DNA of 64,000 bases from Bacteroidota bacterium. Lineage in GTDB: Bacteria > Bacteroidota > Bacteroidia > Flavobacteriales > Flavobacteriaceae. The stretch's first letter is position 1. Each line of letters begins with the position of its first letter. The DNA is taken from the NCBI GenBank assembly GCA_043738745.1, contig JAYUFL010000135.1, positions 796 through 64,795 on the forward strand, written 5' to 3'. This document shows positions 60,121-64,000 of the stretch, piece by piece. The notes beneath the pieces are model-generated. The model worked only from the letters and a program-made list of their open reading frames with translations. It ran no database searches and had not been told where the DNA came from. A program made the position numbers and the translations under genes.

Positions 60121-60151
60121 TTTGAAGAAATGCCCGAACGATTCGCTCCTT

Positions 60152-60174
60152 CCTTCGACTGCGCTCAGGATGAC
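60152..60174. repeat. Single arm of a GTCATCCTGAGCGCAGTCGAAGG-type REP element
   Basis: CCTTCGACTGCGCTCAGGATGAC, 1 bp from the nuoF stop; partner arm absent. Confidence 0.6.
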
Positions 60175-60175
60175 T

Positions 60176-61543
60176 TTATGCTAATTGTTTACCAATTAAG
60201 TGCTTCACTTTTTCGAATGGTTCGGCTACAAAATGTTCACGATTTTTTATTTTTTCAGGGAAACGAACGTGGTACTCGAACTCGTCACGGAAATGGCGAA
60301 TTGCGGCTGCGACTGGCCATGATGCGGCGTCGCCGAGTGGACAAATTGTGTTTCCTTCGATTTTGGACTGGATGTTCCAAAGCAAATCGATGTCTTCTTC
60401 ACGACCAAATCCGTTTTCGATTCGGTTTAATATTTTTTCTAACCAACCTGTTCCTTCGCGACACGGTGTGCATTGTCCGCAAGATTCGTGGTGGTAAAAA
60501 CGGGCAAAATTCCAAGTGTTTCTGACGATGCAAGCGGTGTCGTTATAAACGATAAATCCACCTGAACCAAGCATTGATCCTGTTGCGAATCCGCCGTCTG
60601 ACAGACTTTCGTAAGTCATTAATCGGTCTTCTCCTGCTGCGGTTTTGTATATTAAATTGGCTGGCAAAACGGGTACTGAACTTCCTCCTGGCACAAATGC
60701 TTTTAGTGGACGGTCAGATGACATTCCGCCAAGATATTCGTCAGAATTCATAAATTCGTAAACGGATAAACCTAAATCTATTTCGTAAACGCCTGGATTT
60801 TTGATATGTCCAGATGCTGATATTAGTTTGGTTCCTGTTGAGCGTCCGATTCCGATTTTGGCATATTCTGCACCAGAATTATTGACAATCCAAGGCACTG
60901 CGGCAATCGTTTCTACATTATTCACAACTGTTGGATTGCTCCATAGTCCTGATACTGCTGGAAATGGTGGTTTAATTCTTGGGTTTCCACGTTTTCCTTC
61001 AAGAGATTCGATTAATGCTGTTTCTTCCCCACAAATGTATGCCCCGCCGCCAATTTGAACGTGAAGTTCTAAATCATAACCTGAATTTAGAATATTTTTT
61101 CCTAACCATCCCGCGTTTTTGGCTTCGGCGATGGCACGTTCAAGGATTTTGTAAACCCACATATATTCGCCACGTATATATATGTACGATAAATTGGCTC
61201 CCAATGCGTAACTTGAAGTAATCATTCCCTCGATTAAAAGGTGTGGAATGAACTCCATTAGATAGCGATCTTTGAAAGTTCCTGGTTCAGATTCGTCGGC
61301 ATTGCACACTAAATGTCTTGGTTTTCCTGACTTTTTGTCTATGAAACTCCATTTCATTCCTGCTGGAAATCCTGCGCCACCTCGACCTCGAAGTCCAGAA
61401 GTTTTTACTTCTTCGACTACTTCGTCTGGTGTTAATGTTTTTATGGCTTTTTCTACAGATGCGTATCCGCCTTCACGACGATAGACTTCGTAGGTTTTTA
61501 TGCCTGGAACATTGATTTTGTCTAATAATATTTTTTGTGACAT
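60176..61543 (-). CDS. nuoF: NADH-quinone oxidoreductase subunit F
   Basis: SGLRGRGGAGFPAG, CNADESEPGTFKDR, AYICGEETAL, HESCGQCTPCREG. Confidence 0.97.
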   Translation of the reverse strand: MSQKILLDKINVPGIKTYEVYRREGGYASVEKAIKTLTPDEVVEEVKTSGLRGRGGAGFPAGMKWSFIDKKSGKPRHLVCNADESEPGTFKDRYLMEFIPHLLIEGMITSSYALGANLSYIYIRGEYMWVYKILERAIAEAKNAGWLGKNILNSGYDLELHVQIGGGAYICGEETALIESLEGKRGNPRIKPPFPAVSGLWSNPTVVNNVETIAAVPWIVNNSGAEYAKIGIGRSTGTKLISASGHIKNPGVYEIDLGLSVYEFMNSDEYLGGMSSDRPLKAFVPGGSSVPVLPANLIYKTAAGEDRLMTYESLSDGGFATGSMLGSGGFIVYNDTACIVRNTWNFARFYHHESCGQCTPCREGTGWLEKILNRIENGFGREEDIDLLWNIQSKIEGNTICPLGDAASWPVAAAIRHFRDEFEYHVRFPEKIKNREHFVAEPFEKVKHLIGKQLA

Positions 61544-61544
61544 A

Positions 61545-62075
61545 TTATTTATCGTGTAAAACTATTTTTCCTTCTTTGCAATCTGCAATAAGTTGGTCGA
61601 TTTTTTCTTCATTTAAATATTCTTGATAGAAATCGCCTAATTGCATCATTGGCGCATAGCCGCAAGCACCGAGACATTCAACGCCACGAACTTCAAAAAG
61701 TCCGTCAGCAGTTGGTTCTCCAACTTTTACTCCTAGTTTTGAACAAGTGTAATCCATTAAATTTTCAACTCCGTTTAAGCAACAAGGCGAAGTTTGACAA
61801 AATTCGAACATATATTTACCAATTGGTCGTTGGTTGTACATCGTATAAAATGTAACAACTTCGTAAACCTCAACAGGTTTTATGCGCAAAATTTCGGCAA
61901 CTTTGTCTTGCAATTCGATACTTAACCAATCGTTATGAGTATCTTGAACTTCGTGCAAAACAGGCAATAATGCCGATTTTCGTTTGTCGTCAGGATAATG
62001 ACTGCACAATTCCTCGATGCGCGTCATTAACGCTTCGGTTATGTTTATTTCTTGTTTTATATTAGTATGTACCAT
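61545..62075 (-). CDS. nuoE: NADH-quinone oxidoreductase subunit E
   Basis: SALLPVLH, VVTFYTMY, FCQTSPC...CLGAC. Confidence 0.95.
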   Translation of the reverse strand: MVHTNIKQEINITEALMTRIEELCSHYPDDKRKSALLPVLHEVQDTHNDWLSIELQDKVAEILRIKPVEVYEVVTFYTMYNQRPIGKYMFEFCQTSPCCLNGVENLMDYTCSKLGVKVGEPTADGLFEVRGVECLGACGYAPMMQLGDFYQEYLNEEKIDQLIADCKEGKIVLHDK

Positions 62076-62089
62076 ATTTTTTCTTTTAC

Positions 62090-62175
62090 CTCAAAGTGCA
62101 CAAAGTAGGCACAAAGTTCATAAAGATTTATTTTATAAGAATTAAATTTTTAATTTTTAATTCACAATTTTTAAT
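62090..62175. repeat. CACAAAG-type repeat x4 followed by TTTTAAT heptamer x4
   Basis: CTCAAAG 62090, CACAAAG 62099, CACAAAG 62110, CATAAAG 62119; TTTTAAT TTTTAAT TCACAAT TTTTAAT at 62148-62175. Confidence 0.65.
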
Positions 62176-62178
62176 TAA

Positions 62179-63417
62179 TTAAGCGTCTAATTCTCCTGCG
62201 ATTACATTCAAACTTGATAAAATTACTATTGCGTCAGATAACATTGCACCTTTTATCATTTCTGGATAGGCCTGATAATAAATGAAACATGGTCTGCGGA
62301 AATGTAATCTGTAAGGCGTTCTGCTTCCGTCGGTTACGAGATAAAATCCAATTTCACCGTTTCCGCCTTCGACTGGATGATAAATTTCGGCAACTGGAAC
62401 AGGAACTTCGCCCATTACAATTTTGAAATGATAAATTAACGATTCCATATTGTGGTAAACATCTTCTTTTGGAGGCAAATAATAATCTGGAACATCGGCA
62501 TGATACTCATTTCCGGATGGCATTTTGTCTAATGCTTGACGAATAATGCTCAAACTTTGCCAAACTTCTTCGTTACGAACACAAAAACGGTCGTAAGTAT
62601 CGCCTGATTTTCCTACTGGAATTTCAAAATTAAAATCTTCATAAGACGAATATGGTTGTGCTTTGCGAACATCATAATCAACACCTGCTGCACGCAAGTT
62701 TGGCCCTGTAAATCCATAATCCATAGCCATTTCGGCTGTAATTGGACCAACATTTACAGTTCTATCGATAAATATTCTGTTTCTTTCGAAAAGATTTTGG
62801 AATTCTTGCCAACAAACTGGAAATTCTACTAAAAATTTATCAAGAAGTTCGAATGCTTTTGGCGACCAATCTCTTTCGAAACCGCCAATTCTTCCCATAT
62901 TTGTTGTAAGTCGGGCTCCACAAATTTCTTCATAGATTTCGTAGATTTTTTCTCTAAACTGAAAAACGTATAAAAATCCTGTATAAGCCCCAGTATCAAC
63001 ACCCAGAATTGAATTACAAATAATATGATCGGTAATTCGAGCCAATTCCATAACGATTACCCTAAGATATTGTGCTCTTTTTGGAACTTCGATATCAAGT
63101 AATTTTTCTAACGTCATCCACCAACCCATATTATTTATTGGCGATGAGCAATAATTCATTCTATCGGTAAGTGGCGTAATTTGATAAAAAGGACGGTTTT
63201 CGGCAATTTTTTCGAAAGCACGGTGAATGTAACCAATGGTTGGTTCGGCTTCGAGAATGCGTTCGCCATCCATTAGCAAAATATTTTGAAAAATACCGTG
63301 CGTTGCTGGATGCGTTGGTCCAAGATTTAAAATCGAAAGTTCGCTACCATCTTCGTTGCGACTGGTTTCGATTATTTTAGCATATCGATGCTCTGGTGAT
63401 AATAATAGTTCTGACAT
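62179..63417 (-). CDS. nuoD: NADH-quinone oxidoreductase subunit D
   Basis: NLGPTHPATHG, IGYIHRAFEK, TDRMNY, GFTGPNLRA, GELDA end. Confidence 0.96.
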   Translation of the reverse strand: MSELLLSPEHRYAKIIETSRNEDGSELSILNLGPTHPATHGIFQNILLMDGERILEAEPTIGYIHRAFEKIAENRPFYQITPLTDRMNYCSSPINNMGWWMTLEKLLDIEVPKRAQYLRVIVMELARITDHIICNSILGVDTGAYTGFLYVFQFREKIYEIYEEICGARLTTNMGRIGGFERDWSPKAFELLDKFLVEFPVCWQEFQNLFERNRIFIDRTVNVGPITAEMAMDYGFTGPNLRAAGVDYDVRKAQPYSSYEDFNFEIPVGKSGDTYDRFCVRNEEVWQSLSIIRQALDKMPSGNEYHADVPDYYLPPKEDVYHNMESLIYHFKIVMGEVPVPVAEIYHPVEGGNGEIGFYLVTDGSRTPYRLHFRRPCFIYYQAYPEMIKGAMLSDAIVILSSLNVIAGELDA

Positions 63418-63428
63418 CTTTAATTAAA

Positions 63429-63501
63429 AATTGATAATTGATAATTTTCAATTAAATATTAATTTTTTGTTTGTTATTTTTATAATTATCAATTATTCAT
63501 T
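63429..63501. repeat. Inverted pair of heptamer tracts between nuoC and nuoD
   Basis: AATTGATAATTGATAATT (63429-63446) versus AATTATCAATTATTCATT (63484-63501), 16/18 complementary. Confidence 0.65.
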
Positions 63502-63506
63502 GTTAA

Positions 63507-64000
63507 TTATGAATTCATAATTGTTCTACCGAAAAAACGGTCGTCTTTGTCGGTTCGTCCGGAATCTTCCATAGGAAACTCTTTGCGCATTGGATGCGAA
63601 ATCATTTCGTCCATATTCAACATTCGTTTTAGTTGTGGATGACCTGCAAAATTAATTCCGTAAAAATCCCAAGTTTCGCGCTCCATCCAATTGGCACATT
63701 TGTGAATGTTAATGGTGGTTTTGATGTCAGGATTTGTTCCTGATATATATGCTTTGATTTTGATTCGTTTGTTTTCGTACCAATTGTGCAAATGATAAAC
63801 AACTGCAAACTGTCGATTTTCTTCGTTGTCAGGATAATGAATGCCGCACAAATCGGTTAGGAAATGAAAACGCAATTCTGGGTTGTTTTTTAAAAATAAA
63901 ATTACTGCTGTATTTTTTTCGGCATTGATTTCGAAAGAGAAAATATCTTTTTCTTGCTTGAAATCAAAAACATCTGAACCAAATGTTTCTTGTAATTTTT
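63507..64000 (-). CDS. nuoC: NADH-quinone oxidoreductase subunit C (5' end beyond window)
   Basis: Frame open to the edge (KLQETFGSDVF...NPELRFHFLTDLCGIHYP); ANWMERETWDFYGI, HPMRKEFP. Confidence 0.93.
   Translation of the reverse strand, partial: KLQETFGSDVFDFKQEKDIFSFEINAEKNTAVILFLKNNPELRFHFLTDLCGIHYPDNEENRQFAVVYHLHNWYENKRIKIKAYISGTNPDIKTTINIHKCANWMERETWDFYGINFAGHPQLKRMLNMDEMISHPMRKEFPMEDSGRTDKDDRFFGRTIMNS

Noticed and set aside
60130-60525. 131-aa plus-strand ORF (MPERFAPSFDCAQDD...)
   Set aside because: Antisense to nuoF; its start is simply the REP arm read as codons.

Overview
AT-rich Bacteroidota DNA, very probably Flavobacterium: TAnnTTTG promoters, three T9SS cargo genes and a Flavobacterium-type nuo operon. 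Most of the window is core or conserved genes: PadR-PspC-GIN stress module, tRNA-Pro, DUF2339, udk, methylmalonyl-CoA mutase, wzx/GNAT, a RDD/SpoIIM/DUF4129/DUF4350/MoxR/DUF58 cluster, trmH, an OB-fold/DUF5777/cytochrome c/YceI operon, rimO, FadL-like barrel, proS, tRNA-Glu, rpsT, asnB, TPR plus barrel, ftsE and nuoC(partial)-N. The unusual signal is mostly between genes from 44.8 to 64 kb. (1) An ORF6N gene inserted between nuoH and nuoI carries a 21-bp DNA palindrome inside its coding sequence (encoding VSQNAIP) that recurs twice just upstream, once as a perfect 23-bp inverted copy and once with a compensatory change. (2) An IS3 element without target duplication has cut the nuoN terminator in half and removed the 5' end of a T9SS metalloprotease gene. 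(3) A ten-unit 21-bp array lies upstream of a doubly lesioned pseudogene. (4) Most longer nuo spacers hold a different small repeat family. Family names come from recalled motifs, not database searches.
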